Part shown: positions 27,936-37,771 of the stretch, piece after piece
Position numbering within the stretch: position 1 is the first letter of the stretch
Layout: the number at the start of each line of letters is the position of its first letter
IMG/VR virus record: IMGVR_UViG_3300042516_004698
Span: 11,371 to 75,370 of that record
DNA: 64,000 bases
Source of the DNA: a virus
Direction: 5' to 3' (one strand)
Notes under the pieces: model-generated
Told to the model about the DNA's origin: nothing
Database searches by the model: none
What the model saw: only the letters and a program-made list of their open reading frames with translations
Program-made: the position numbers and the translations under genes

Positions 27936-29834
27936 AACAACTGGCTTTTTAATATCAGGCACATCGCGGCAGGCGAGCCCGTACAGGCAGAAGTTGTCGG
28001 TCGGCCGGATAAATCGCTTGAACAGCGTACAGATTATCTGAAAGACCGGCTCGACGCGGCGGCGCTTGGGCGTGCGTTATTTGACGTAGACGCCACAATA
28101 GCGCCAGACGTGCTGGAGGGGCAGCCCGTGTTCTGGAACTACCAGACGCAGCGCTATGAGCGCGCTCTGGCGGCTGTAGAAAACGACGACGTTACGCAGA
28201 CGCTCGTAGTACAGGCCTCGTCTGATTGTCTGGGGCTGCTGTACAGCAAGAAGTCGCCTACGCTCGGGGATATTGTGCTGCGCGGCATTGTTAAGCTCCC
28301 GGGGCTTACTAACGCTATAACCGGGCCAATCACGGCCGGCCGCTATTACCTGTCGTCAGAGGCCCCGGGCAAACTGGTGAAGCAGCGCCCGCCTGCTACG
28401 GTCTCTGTGTGCTACGTGCAAGGCGCCAAGGACAGCTGCGCCGCTGATCCGTGGGTTGTGGTAATGCCACAAGTGCGCGACTTCCTTGAGGATCACATTC
28501 ATTATCGTTTTGAACTGGTCACACGGGCTGCCGGCGTGCTCTCAACTGCGAACGGCAAAGTGAGCATCACCCAGCCAGACGCCACACTTCAGGGCTGGCT
28601 GCCGGCATCGCATGCGGTGTTTAACGGCAAAGCTCCGGCTGGCGCGGTATTCGGATACAACCTGTCAGCGCACCTGCAGCTGTCCCGTGTGTGGCCGCCG
28701 CAGCCTGTCAGCGCCGTAGCTATGCTTTGGGATAAAGGCCAGAACCTTGTAGGCGCGACTGAAATACCGCTTGGCCGAGAAGGCTTGGCCATATGCGACG
28801 CCAACGGTATCTGGTGGACGAGCGACTGCGTAGGCGACGTTCCGTGGGTTGCAGGCGTATCCAGCTCATCTTCATCTTCATCTTCATCTTCAAGCTCGAG
28901 CGCTAGTTTGAGCGCCGCGGCAGAGTGCCCGCGTGACGAGCGTATGCGCGTCATTGTCGTGTTTCTGCGCATGGTATTCGGTAATGATCGCAGCGTAGTC
29001 ACGAGCTTGCAGGCCGGTCCCGGTAGCCCGATCCGCGTAACTAATTGCGACGGGCTGGTTGCTAAAACTGGCGACCTCGAATTAAACCTCGATCTCAACT
29101 TAGCAATTAAACCGCCCGACCTTGATGGCGCGCGCGTACTCAAGCGAATTGAAGACGGGTATAAATTTCGGCAGGGGTGGGTAACCGAAGGCGTTGTGAG
29201 CGGCTCTGCGCCAATTGTTGTAACAAGCTACCCAAGCAATCCAGTGGCGGCGCGTGCGCTTACCGCCGCCGAAAAAACAGGGTTGGGTTTTCCCGCAGAA
29301 GCGGACATAACGGCGCAGCGCGGCTTAGTCAAAATCTCGTTTAATGACGCGCTCGTCGAACGCGAACTGTCGCCGCAAATCATACGGCTATCGGACGCCG
29401 TGGAGCGGCTCTACAAAGACGTGCCGTATATCGGGTTTCCATCCGGACAAGACTCGTTGGTGCGCGTCCGGTTTATTGTGCCAGCTGCCGGGCTTGGGTT
29501 GGGTCTGCAGGTTGTATTGCGCGCGCAGTTACTCGGTCTCAGCACTGGCGCCTTACCAGAACTCGAAGTTACATATCGCAGATTGCCAAGACCCGCTGGC
29601 GCGCCGATCTCGCTTGTAGCCGTAGACGTATCGCCGGCGTTGGCGTTTGCTTCAAATGTAGCCGTAACGGCAAACAACGTTGTGGAGATTGAAAGCGCGC
29701 CGTTTCCTGTTGCTGAGGGCGATACCGTACTTGTTACCATGCGGCGTCGTTTAGTCGGCGGCGGCTCAGACGGATATCTCGGCGAGGTCGGTTTGTTGCG
29801 TTTATCTGGAATAGTCACCAATGTTGGGCCGTAA
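27930..29834 (+). CDS. Tail fibre/appendage base protein with internal poly-Ser
   Basis: N-terminal LEQRTDYLKDRL fibre-anchor motif; GRYYLSSEAPGKL; Ser tract around 28859-28900. Confidence 0.65.
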   Translation: MSNNWLFNIRHIAAGEPVQAEVVGRPDKSLEQRTDYLKDRLDAAALGRALFDVDATIAPDVLEGQPVFWNYQTQRYERALAAVENDDVTQTLVVQASSDCLGLLYSKKSPTLGDIVLRGIVKLPGLTNAITGPITAGRYYLSSEAPGKLVKQRPPATVSVCYVQGAKDSCAADPWVVVMPQVRDFLEDHIHYRFELVTRAAGVLSTANGKVSITQPDATLQGWLPASHAVFNGKAPAGAVFGYNLSAHLQLSRVWPPQPVSAVAMLWDKGQNLVGATEIPLGREGLAICDANGIWWTSDCVGDVPWVAGVSSSSSSSSSSSSSSASLSAAAECPRDERMRVIVVFLRMVFGNDRSVVTSLQAGPGSPIRVTNCDGLVAKTGDLELNLDLNLAIKPPDLDGARVLKRIEDGYKFRQGWVTEGVVSGSAPIVVTSYPSNPVAARALTAAEKTGLGFPAEADITAQRGLVKISFNDALVERELSPQIIRLSDAVERLYKDVPYIGFPSGQDSLVRVRFIVPAAGLGLGLQVVLRAQLLGLSTGALPELEVTYRRLPRPAGAPISLVAVDVSPALAFASNVAVTANNVVEIESAPFPVAEGDTVLVTMRRRLVGGGSDGYLGEVGLLRLSGIVTNVGP

Positions 29835-29836
29835 CA

Positions 29837-30787
29837 ATGCCACTCGGAAACTGGAACCTACAGTGGTTAAACCACAACTCGCAACGGTCGTATCCGCTAA
29901 CGGAACGCGCGAGCAAGGTAGACGCTACGGGCACAATCCGTATTCCAGATAGCTTTATTGTTGCGCTGTATCTACCTGTTCACGTAACGTTAAACATTCA
30001 GCTCGATCAGTTTTACGTGAAAACGTTACTGATCTCGCCGATAGGCTACGCGATAGGCGTCGGATATTCCTCCGATAGCGGTGAAACGTTAGTGGCTAAC
30101 GTAAGTATCACCAAGGCTACGCACCGACCGAATATGACTTACGCACTCGCCGGCGTAGACGATTTTGCTGATACCATCGGTCAAGTTGTGATCGGCAGCC
30201 TCGACGAAATCGATCAGCTGCCGGCCGGGCTGTACTCATTTACTTTCAGCGCCGGCGAGATCGAGTCCGACGCTATTCGCCCGATGTTGCGCGGAATATC
30301 GGCGCTGCGGGTTGTTAACGGTTCTGAAAACAGTCCGCTGCTGTACGGCGACATCGAACTGCTTGCCGGCGCGAATATGCGAATTGATTACGCTATAAAT
30401 ACAAATACCGGCAATCCTAGGATAACGTTCAACGCTATTGCAAACACAGATCTGAATACCGTCTGCACGTGCGACGTTACCGAAAAGGGCGAGTGCATTC
30501 GCTGCATTAATGGGCTGTGTTCCGGCGACGGCGATTACAACATCGGCGGCGGTGATTGTATTAGTGTAGCGACGTCTTCTACCGGTATTCAGCTTGAAGA
30601 CATTTGCGCGACGCCGTGCTGTGGTTGCGCAGAGCTTGACGCGCTTAAAACGCAAATAGACCGCTTCAGTGACGGCGTGACCACCATGCAGAATTTCGTG
30701 ACGCGCTTGGGCTCCGAGGTTACGCAAATGAACCTCGTTGTTTTAGGTAGCCGCCTCGGCGACGCCGGTTGCAACACGTGCGGGTAA
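29837..30787 (+). CDS. Fibre/appendage subunit, paralogue 1
   Basis: N-terminal NSQRSYPL; ING motif; Cys-rich and coiled-coil C-terminus. Confidence 0.55.
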   Translation: MPLGNWNLQWLNHNSQRSYPLTERASKVDATGTIRIPDSFIVALYLPVHVTLNIQLDQFYVKTLLISPIGYAIGVGYSSDSGETLVANVSITKATHRPNMTYALAGVDDFADTIGQVVIGSLDEIDQLPAGLYSFTFSAGEIESDAIRPMLRGISALRVVNGSENSPLLYGDIELLAGANMRIDYAINTNTGNPRITFNAIANTDLNTVCTCDVTEKGECIRCINGLCSGDGDYNIGGGDCISVATSSTGIQLEDICATPCCGCAELDALKTQIDRFSDGVTTMQNFVTRLGSEVTQMNLVVLGSRLGDAGCNTCG

Positions 30788-30790
30788 ACC

Positions 30791-32308
30791 ATGAGTTGCG
30801 ACATAATATACACGCCAGACGGGCGCCGCGGGATAGGCGTGAACCAGCCGCAAAGCGGGCTGGATTATCCGCTTATTGCGCCGTCAGCTGATATTCAGTA
30901 TCTGCTGGCTGACGTTTATCTGGCGTACGAAGACACGGCGCAAGAATTCAAGCACCCGTTGCGCATTAAATGGCTGTACGGCGTGGGTTGCGCTCCAAAT
31001 ACCGCGCCGTCATGGGCGCCAACGCCTACGCACGCCGCCGACGTTTTAATTGTCGATGCGGACGAGCGTACCGTGTTTAATTCGACAGCGCTCGGCGCGG
31101 ATACAGGAATTGCGCGTTTTGCCACGTGGTGCTGGGGGTTGAAAAAAACTTCCAACAATTGCTTAAACGACTACGCATACCGGGCCTATGAGTGGATCAG
31201 CAACAAAGCTGTTTGCCGGCTAATTGTTTATCAAACGTGGCCGCCATCCGCGGCTGACGCGGATTCTGACGCCGTGCGCGAATATCCGGTCAATCTAGCG
31301 CCGACGAACGCCACGTTAGACGAGCGCGCTGTATATAAGATGCCAAAACGCGTTACGTCGTTTATTCTGCCGGCCCTCAACAACATTAAACTTACCCGAA
31401 CGGCTGCGGATTTTGCGGCGGGATTCAACACAGCGCTAACGGCAGGCGACGAAGAAATACGAAATCTAAGAAAAACACGGCAAATAACGTTTAACGTCGA
31501 ACCGGGCGCCGGGCTCGGGAAGTACGCTGACTGTACGGATCCAGAGACGCCAATTTACCGGATTAACGGATTAACTGGACCGGACATACTGATAACCGCA
31601 GATAAGTGTTTGTGGATGCGTATCCCCACAGAGTTTAATGCCAACTCGACCGCGCTGATTCCAGTAAAACAAAATTCACACGCTACGCAAATAATAGGCA
31701 GTAACTGCCCGGCATGTTGCACGTGCGACGATTATGTCGATCTCGCTAATTACATGAATGTTACGCGAGACCGCTACAAACAAATAGGCGGCGATGTGAG
31801 CGGCGTGCTGCTGGCGCACTCTAACAATATTGAGCGCTGGGGTACGCAACGCGAGTGTCGTGTGCGCACGCCTATTAAAACATGTATGACGGCGCAACGC
31901 TGCCCGTTTATGGATGTAATTGTGCAGTATTGCAATTTATGTGAAAAATGTGCTGAAAATGTGACATTAAATTTGGCGTTTACCGCGCCCGGAAATTCCG
32001 CCACAATAGCGTGCGGCTATACGACTGTAACAAATAAAGAAATAAAAGGCGGGTTGTACCAGCTTGGCGGCGGTTGGCCTAACTACACAGCGAATCTCGG
32101 TAAGGTTGATGCCGGAAACTCTGCTAGCGTAACGTTTAGGCTGGAATTTGCGAACTCTTCGCCAACAGCTGTCGGCTTAACTGCTACAGGAACAACAAAG
32201 ACAGGGCCGATTCTAGCTGGGTGCGCCGCAGGTCTAGATCCAGCTGCCGCAAATATAACAAAATCACTCTATTGCGATAGCGCTGGTAATACCGTCCCTG
32301 TGTGCTAA
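30791..32308 (+). CDS. Fibre/appendage subunit, paralogue 2
   Basis: GLDYPL; RINGLTGPD; CPACCTC followed by a helix and an Ig-like C-terminus. Confidence 0.55.
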   Translation: MSCDIIYTPDGRRGIGVNQPQSGLDYPLIAPSADIQYLLADVYLAYEDTAQEFKHPLRIKWLYGVGCAPNTAPSWAPTPTHAADVLIVDADERTVFNSTALGADTGIARFATWCWGLKKTSNNCLNDYAYRAYEWISNKAVCRLIVYQTWPPSAADADSDAVREYPVNLAPTNATLDERAVYKMPKRVTSFILPALNNIKLTRTAADFAAGFNTALTAGDEEIRNLRKTRQITFNVEPGAGLGKYADCTDPETPIYRINGLTGPDILITADKCLWMRIPTEFNANSTALIPVKQNSHATQIIGSNCPACCTCDDYVDLANYMNVTRDRYKQIGGDVSGVLLAHSNNIERWGTQRECRVRTPIKTCMTAQRCPFMDVIVQYCNLCEKCAENVTLNLAFTAPGNSATIACGYTTVTNKEIKGGLYQLGGGWPNYTANLGKVDAGNSASVTFRLEFANSSPTAVGLTATGTTKTGPILAGCAAGLDPAAANITKSLYCDSAGNTVPVC

Positions 32309-32314
32309 TAAATC

Positions 32315-35300
32315 ATGCCTGTACGTAATCAAAATTGGTACGATCTGCAAGCTGGTAGGCGCTACCCGCTTGACGATCTCAGCACCGGTTTAGACGATGC
32401 TGGCGCATTTATTGACGACAGCATCCTAGTCGATTGCCACATACGCTTTCCAAATAATCTCGGCGCGGTGGCTTTTGTGCAGGCCATCACGGTATCCAAT
32501 ACGCTTGTTACCGTGCTTATTGGTACGGCTGACGCAGCGCACACGCAGAGCAGCATACGCACAATAGCGGCCGTAAATATTGCGAAGCCGGCGCAGCTGA
32601 ATAAAAACTACCCGATAACCGCGCTTATTCCGGGCGTCGCCGGTTGGGTAGTTTTCGGCGCAGGCATTAAAAATGATTTCATAGCGCGATACGCGACGCC
32701 TGCTCAATCACTTATATTGCCGCGATGCGCCCGGCCTTACCGCCCGTTACCCATTCCGACAATCGGCAAAGTTAACTTAGCTACAGCACTCAGCGGCATT
32801 GTGGATCTGGACGTTGTAGCGCCAATTGTGGCCGAGCGAAAAACAATAACGATCGCTGGTAAAGTTGTTGCCGCTATTGAGTTTCGATTAGACGGCAATT
32901 TAACGAACGTAGAGTACAATCCGTACGAATACTTTTTGGGTGAGTGCGGACAGCGGCCAGAGAGCGGCACGTGCCCGAAGCAACCCATCGAAACAATCAA
33001 CGGCGTAACACCCGATTGCGATGGCAACATCACAATTATCGGCGACGGTATAAGTGTTTACCCGTTCGTCCCCGGCGGCGGAATAGGGATCGACATACCG
33101 CTCGGGCTGGCCGATATCTGCGATAAAAAAAGATACGAGCCGCCGCGGCAAGGTTCTGATGTGTGTATAAGCTCGTCAAGCAGCCTCGGCAGCAATCCGC
33201 CTGTCATCGGGTCATCTTCGTCGAGCGCTGGTATTGTTGTCCCGCCGTCGTCCAGCTCTAGCTCCTCTACAGCTTCAGCGGCGAGTCAGTCGCTCGGCAG
33301 TTTACCGTTTTGCCAGCCATTTACAGGAAATATGGCTGAGTTGCTGGCTACAGTATCCGGGCGGTTCACAGCCAGAACGCAACAATCCCCGGAAAAATGT
33401 ACTGGGCTCAGCTCCGCGTCAATAGCCGGGCAAGTAGCGCAAATGCGCATGACGCCAGCCGAACTACCTCGCGAGCAATTCGCAGCGGGCGTTAATTCCG
33501 CAAATTTCAATAATTGCGCTATTTGGGACGGTCTGATTGGTAATCTTACTACTGTTGGAAGTAATGGCGGACCCAGCGCATACGGAACTTTTGATCAAAC
33601 GGGAAACCTACGTCAGTGGTACGACTTCGCGGGTAATCTCTCGATTCGCGGAATTAAAGGCGGCACGTGGTCTAACAACGATGCGTTCTTCTTGACATCC
33701 GCCCCGAGCAGCTTCAGCGAACCGGGAGCTGCGGACGCATCCATCGGTTTTCGTGTCGCAAGTTCTTTTTCTACGCCTAACCCTTTAAATTTTTCTAACT
33801 TCGTGTCTGTTGGCGACATTAATAACACCGCTGATACTGGTGGCGCAGTAGGCCTCGGTAGTGTAGATTACGCTTACGCTATAGGAAAATATAACGTTAC
33901 CAATAGTGAATATGTAGAATTTTTAAATGCTGTCGCCGCAACTGACACGTACGCGCTTTACAATGTTAGTATGGCAGCCGCTCGTGGCGGTATCACTAGG
34001 TCGGGCGTTAGTGGCGGGTTTTTCTACACCGTAAAAACTAATTACGGCAACAAGCCGGTCAACTGGGTGAGTTGGTATGACTGCGCACGGTATTGTAATT
34101 GGCTGCACAATGGAAAACCCACTGGACTGCAAAACAACAGCACGACCGAGGACGGCGCTTATACTTTAAATGGCGTAACTACTGGAAACGCTGTCGTCAA
34201 GAACGCCGGAGCAAAATACCACGTCCCAACAGAAAATGAATGGTACAAGGCAGCCTATTACAAAGGCGGCGGAACCAATGCTGGTTATTGGCAATATGCA
34301 ACACAAAGCAACATTGCTCCAACCTGCGTTAGCGCAAATAGCGTAGGCGATGGGCTTGCCGTACCTAGCTCCAGCTCTAGTAGCTCCAGCTCCAGCAGTC
34401 GGTCAAGCTCCAGCTCCAGAAGCTCTAGTAGCTCTAGCTCCAGTAGCTCGTCGCCGCGGCCTAATGCGGTGTCAAATATTACAGCTACTACAACAAGCGC
34501 GACAACAGTATTGCTGACGTGGTTTTCAAATAACCCTGACTGGCAATATTTTTCTGTGTCTTTTTCACAGGTAGCGCCAGCAGGCGGTGGCGGTATATAT
34601 TATCTAGGTCCGCCTAATTTTCCCGGATCAAGCAATATAAGATCGTGGACGCTGCCGGGTGTTGTAAGCAGTTATCGCTATCAAGTTACAATTACACCGC
34701 GGGCAAACGCCACCACTAGCGCCGCGGCCGTGGGGCCATCTGATTCGATTACGTTCACAGCGGCGTACAATTCCAGCTCGAGTAGTAGCTCTAGTTCGCT
34801 GTCTAGCTCAAGCTCTAGCAGCAGCTCAAATTCAGTTAGCTCGTCAAGTTCCAGCTCTAGCAGCAGCTCAAATTCAGTTAGCTCGTCAAGTTCCAGCTCT
34901 AGCAGCAGCTCAAATTCAGTTAGCTCGTCAAGTTCCAGCTCTAGTAGCTTGTCTAGTTCAAGTTCTGTGTCTAGCTCAAGCTCCAGCTCCCGCTCCAGTT
35001 CAAGCTCTAACTCCAGCTCGAGCTCCCGCTCTAGTTCAAGCTCCAGCTCAAGATCAAGCTCTAGCTCAAGATCAAGCTCCAGCTCCCGCTCCAGCTCAAG
35101 CTCCAGTTCAAGCTCCAGCTCCCGCTCCAGCTCAAGCTCAAGCTCCAGTTCAAGCTCAAGCTCCCGCTCCAGTTCAAGCTCAAGCTCCAGTTCAAGCTCA
35201 AGCTCCAGCTCTAATTCAAGCTCTAGCTCAAGTTCAAGCTCAAGCTCTAATTCAAGCTCTAGCTCAAGTTCAAGCTCAAGTTCCAGCTCCAACAGTTTGT

Positions 35301-36001
35301 CTAGTTCCAGCTCAGAAATCCCATCTAGCGCGATCAGCCAATCGAGCTCCGACAGCTTGTCTAGCTCAAGCTCTAGTTCCAGCTCTAATTCACGCTCTAG
35401 CTCAAGCTCCAGCTCTAATTCACGCTCTAGCTCAAGCTCCAGCAGCCGATCAAGCTCCAGCTCAAGCAGTCGGCGCGCTATTACACAATTAAATCAGGTT
35501 ATATACGCATCAGACGACGTATTTGCGACAAATATCGCCGTTCTGAAAAATTACCCGACAGATTGGGCCGCAAATAAACGCATATCGACCGAGTTTAAAA
35601 TTGCGCCGGGCATCACAAATAATGCCGGCCTCGTATTCAATTATTTACCGCCAACAACGCTTACTGGCGCGCCCACCTATCTTGTCGCCGCTGTCGATGC
35701 TGATCGCGGCACGTTTATGTTGCTGCGCTATAACGGCTCCACTTTCGTTGCGGAGTACACATTAGCGTTGTCCGCAGCGAATTTTGTGTTCGACGCTACG
35801 CAATGGCATAAAATAACAGTTACGCCTGTTATTGCCGACGGCGTATCCGGCGTAACTGTGCACTGTACGCTTGCTGATAGCGCCGGCAATCAGCAAGTTG
35901 CGTTCAGTGTATCAGTGGCTAATTACGGCGCACCGATTGGCACCAGCGGAATATTTGCTGATCGGGCGTACACTTATTTCAATAATTTAACGGTTGAGTG
36001 A
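32315..36001 (+). CDS. Fibre subunit, paralogue 3: permuted FGE/SUMF1 (CLec) domain, Fn3, long poly-Ser, ConA-like C-terminus
   Basis: GRRYPL; INGVTPDCDGN; FGE motifs YGTFDQTGN, GFRVAS, IGKYNVTN, PVNWVSW, PTENEWYKAA. Confidence 0.75.
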   Translation: MPVRNQNWYDLQAGRRYPLDDLSTGLDDAGAFIDDSILVDCHIRFPNNLGAVAFVQAITVSNTLVTVLIGTADAAHTQSSIRTIAAVNIAKPAQLNKNYPITALIPGVAGWVVFGAGIKNDFIARYATPAQSLILPRCARPYRPLPIPTIGKVNLATALSGIVDLDVVAPIVAERKTITIAGKVVAAIEFRLDGNLTNVEYNPYEYFLGECGQRPESGTCPKQPIETINGVTPDCDGNITIIGDGISVYPFVPGGGIGIDIPLGLADICDKKRYEPPRQGSDVCISSSSSLGSNPPVIGSSSSSAGIVVPPSSSSSSSTASAASQSLGSLPFCQPFTGNMAELLATVSGRFTARTQQSPEKCTGLSSASIAGQVAQMRMTPAELPREQFAAGVNSANFNNCAIWDGLIGNLTTVGSNGGPSAYGTFDQTGNLRQWYDFAGNLSIRGIKGGTWSNNDAFFLTSAPSSFSEPGAADASIGFRVASSFSTPNPLNFSNFVSVGDINNTADTGGAVGLGSVDYAYAIGKYNVTNSEYVEFLNAVAATDTYALYNVSMAAARGGITRSGVSGGFFYTVKTNYGNKPVNWVSWYDCARYCNWLHNGKPTGLQNNSTTEDGAYTLNGVTTGNAVVKNAGAKYHVPTENEWYKAAYYKGGGTNAGYWQYATQSNIAPTCVSANSVGDGLAVPSSSSSSSSSSSRSSSSSRSSSSSSSSSSSPRPNAVSNITATTTSATTVLLTWFSNNPDWQYFSVSFSQVAPAGGGGIYYLGPPNFPGSSNIRSWTLPGVVSSYRYQVTITPRANATTSAAAVGPSDSITFTAAYNSSSSSSSSSLSSSSSSSSSNSVSSSSSSSSSSSNSVSSSSSSSSSSSNSVSSSSSSSSSLSSSSSVSSSSSSSRSSSSSNSSSSSRSSSSSSSRSSSSSRSSSSSRSSSSSSSSSSSRSSSSSSSSSSSSSRSSSSSSSSSSSSSSSNSSSSSSSSSSSNSSSSSSSSSSSSSNSLSSSSSEIPSSAISQSSSDSLSSSSSSSSSNSRSSSSSSSNSRSSSSSSSRSSSSSSSRRAITQLNQVIYASDDVFATNIAVLKNYPTDWAANKRISTEFKIAPGITNNAGLVFNYLPPTTLTGAPTYLVAAVDADRGTFMLLRYNGSTFVAEYTLALSAANFVFDATQWHKITVTPVIADGVSGVTVHCTLADSAGNQQVAFSVSVANYGAPIGTSGIFADRAYTYFNNLTVE
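34772..35470 (+). repeat. Poly-serine coding repeat (about 230 codons)
   Basis: Alternating AGY/TCN codons; three exact 42-nt tandem copies at 34811-34936. Confidence 0.95.
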
Positions 36002-36004
36002 CGT

Positions 36005-36799
36005 ATGAGCGGCGCACGCATAATATTCCCAGAATTCCGCGACGAGCAGAGTGACTCCCGGTATCCGTTTACAGACACGGCTACACTGACGGCTAACTCC
36101 GGTGTAGAGCTACCACGTGACACTTTTATTGACGCCGCTGTCTACGCAATAGACGCGGTTGCGCCACTGTATATTTCTAGTATCTCCGTTACAGCTAGCG
36201 CCGCAACTATTGCTATAAGCGACGAAACAGGCGACGTTGTTTGCTCTACCGCCTATACGCCGCTGGACCCGCCCGACTCCGGCGAACTGTCTCTCGTCGA
36301 CAATTACGGCCGTCCGGCTGGCATGCTTCTGTCGTCGCGCGAGCGTTTAGCGCTAATAGGTGGATGGGAACCAATCACACACGTATTTACGCAAGACGCG
36401 ACAGAGTTTGTGGCCGGTGTTGCGTATCCGGCGCAGGAACCCGGCGTGCGCGGCTTAACACTAGCCGCCGACACAGCAGATCTGATCACGGCTGATATCT
36501 GGCTCGTAGGCCGCGACGGCATTGTGTTACGCGCAGATCCGCCAAACTCCAACGTTATTCGCGTAGATATCGTTGGCGTGCCGTTATTTAAACGTATGGA
36601 GTGCCTTGACGGCACGCTGCAGCCGATAGGCACGTTTGTGCCTAAAACATTTTTGCGGACTGTAAACGGCTACGGACCTGACCAGTTCGGTAACTTTAAT
36701 ATCACAGTAGCGGCCAAAGCCAGTGACGCGACTATTTTGCGTATTTATCCAGAAAATGACGTAATCAAAATTACCGCGGCTGGATCAAAGGTGCTGTAA
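36005..36799 (+). CDS. Fibre/appendage subunit, paralogue 4
   Basis: DSRYPF; TVNGYGPDQFGNFNI. Confidence 0.55.
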   Translation: MSGARIIFPEFRDEQSDSRYPFTDTATLTANSGVELPRDTFIDAAVYAIDAVAPLYISSISVTASAATIAISDETGDVVCSTAYTPLDPPDSGELSLVDNYGRPAGMLLSSRERLALIGGWEPITHVFTQDATEFVAGVAYPAQEPGVRGLTLAADTADLITADIWLVGRDGIVLRADPPNSNVIRVDIVGVPLFKRMECLDGTLQPIGTFVPKTFLRTVNGYGPDQFGNFNITVAAKASDATILRIYPENDVIKITAAGSKVL

Positions 36800-37758
36800 T
36801 GCCTCGCGCTGGTTTTTACAACGACAACGAGTACCGGCAATATCCATTTGTATTTGCCAAGCCCGACAGTTTACCTACAGATTTAATTGTAGATTGCGGG
36901 TTCATTATGGGTCTCGACAGCGGCTTCGACGCGGCGGAGCACTTTGTTTATTTACACCAAATCAGGAAAACCAGCACGCAAATTGAATGCGAATTTCGCA
37001 CAACCGCGCCGAATGCCGCAAATTCGGCCATAGTATTTAAACGCGATTTTGACGCAGAAGAGTGGAGCACAGAATTTGTAGCGGCCGCGCCATCCGGCGC
37101 CGATTGCGCCGCCGAACCGTTATGGGAAGGATTCATGGTGTCTGGCGTTATGGCCACTACTGTGGCGCTGCTTCCTGCTAACGGTAATGTAAATTTCGTC
37201 ACTGTCACGCCGTTCACCGCCAACCGTGTCGTGGAGCCTGCGCGTGTGCAGTCATTGGTTAAAACGTATTTACGATCCGTTAGCTTAGGTAATTATCCTC
37301 GTATTATCGCGCCACCCTGTGTCGATGGGCAACCGGGGATCGTTGCTCCGTCGGACGAGATAATTGTTAACGCAACTTGCCTGAAAGGCCATATACGCTT
37401 TAAACCCGGGTTTAATTGCGCAATTAGGCAATACGATTCCGCCAATAGAATCACAATAGCCGCGCAAAAAGGCGCAAATACAAACGACGACCCGACAGGC
37501 GAACGCTGCCAGTTCGGGAGTGAAATTAAACTGTACGCAGACGAGCAGCCCCCGATAATTAACGTATCAACAGGCGCCCGTAGTAAGTTTTTAAGTGGCG
37601 GGCCTGCGTGCGATGAGGTTATTACCGGAATCAATGGATTAGGCGCGCCAGATGTTAAAATTGTGGGCGGCGCCGGTATTCAGGTTGTCGTAGATCCGGA
37701 TAACGATCACACTATTAAATTGAAGATCGCCACAAATCTTTTGACAGAAAACTGTTAG
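36799..37758 (+). CDS. Fibre/appendage subunit, paralogue 5
   Basis: YRQYPF; GINGLGAPD. Confidence 0.55.
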   Translation: MPRAGFYNDNEYRQYPFVFAKPDSLPTDLIVDCGFIMGLDSGFDAAEHFVYLHQIRKTSTQIECEFRTTAPNAANSAIVFKRDFDAEEWSTEFVAAAPSGADCAAEPLWEGFMVSGVMATTVALLPANGNVNFVTVTPFTANRVVEPARVQSLVKTYLRSVSLGNYPRIIAPPCVDGQPGIVAPSDEIIVNATCLKGHIRFKPGFNCAIRQYDSANRITIAAQKGANTNDDPTGERCQFGSEIKLYADEQPPIINVSTGARSKFLSGGPACDEVITGINGLGAPDVKIVGGAGIQVVVDPDNDHTIKLKIATNLLTENC

Positions 37759-37771
37759 CGGCATTGCAGTT

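Noticed and set aside
33650-33765. Diversity-generating retroelement variable region
   Set aside because: The fold fits, but no template repeat or reverse transcriptase was seen in this window; cannot be excluded elsewhere in the genome.
34681-35292. Minus-strand ELELEL ORF (also 41479-41733 and the alternate-frame ORF 40569-41411)
   Set aside because: Automatic shadows of the AGC-TCN poly-Ser repeat; no RBS and no independent signal.
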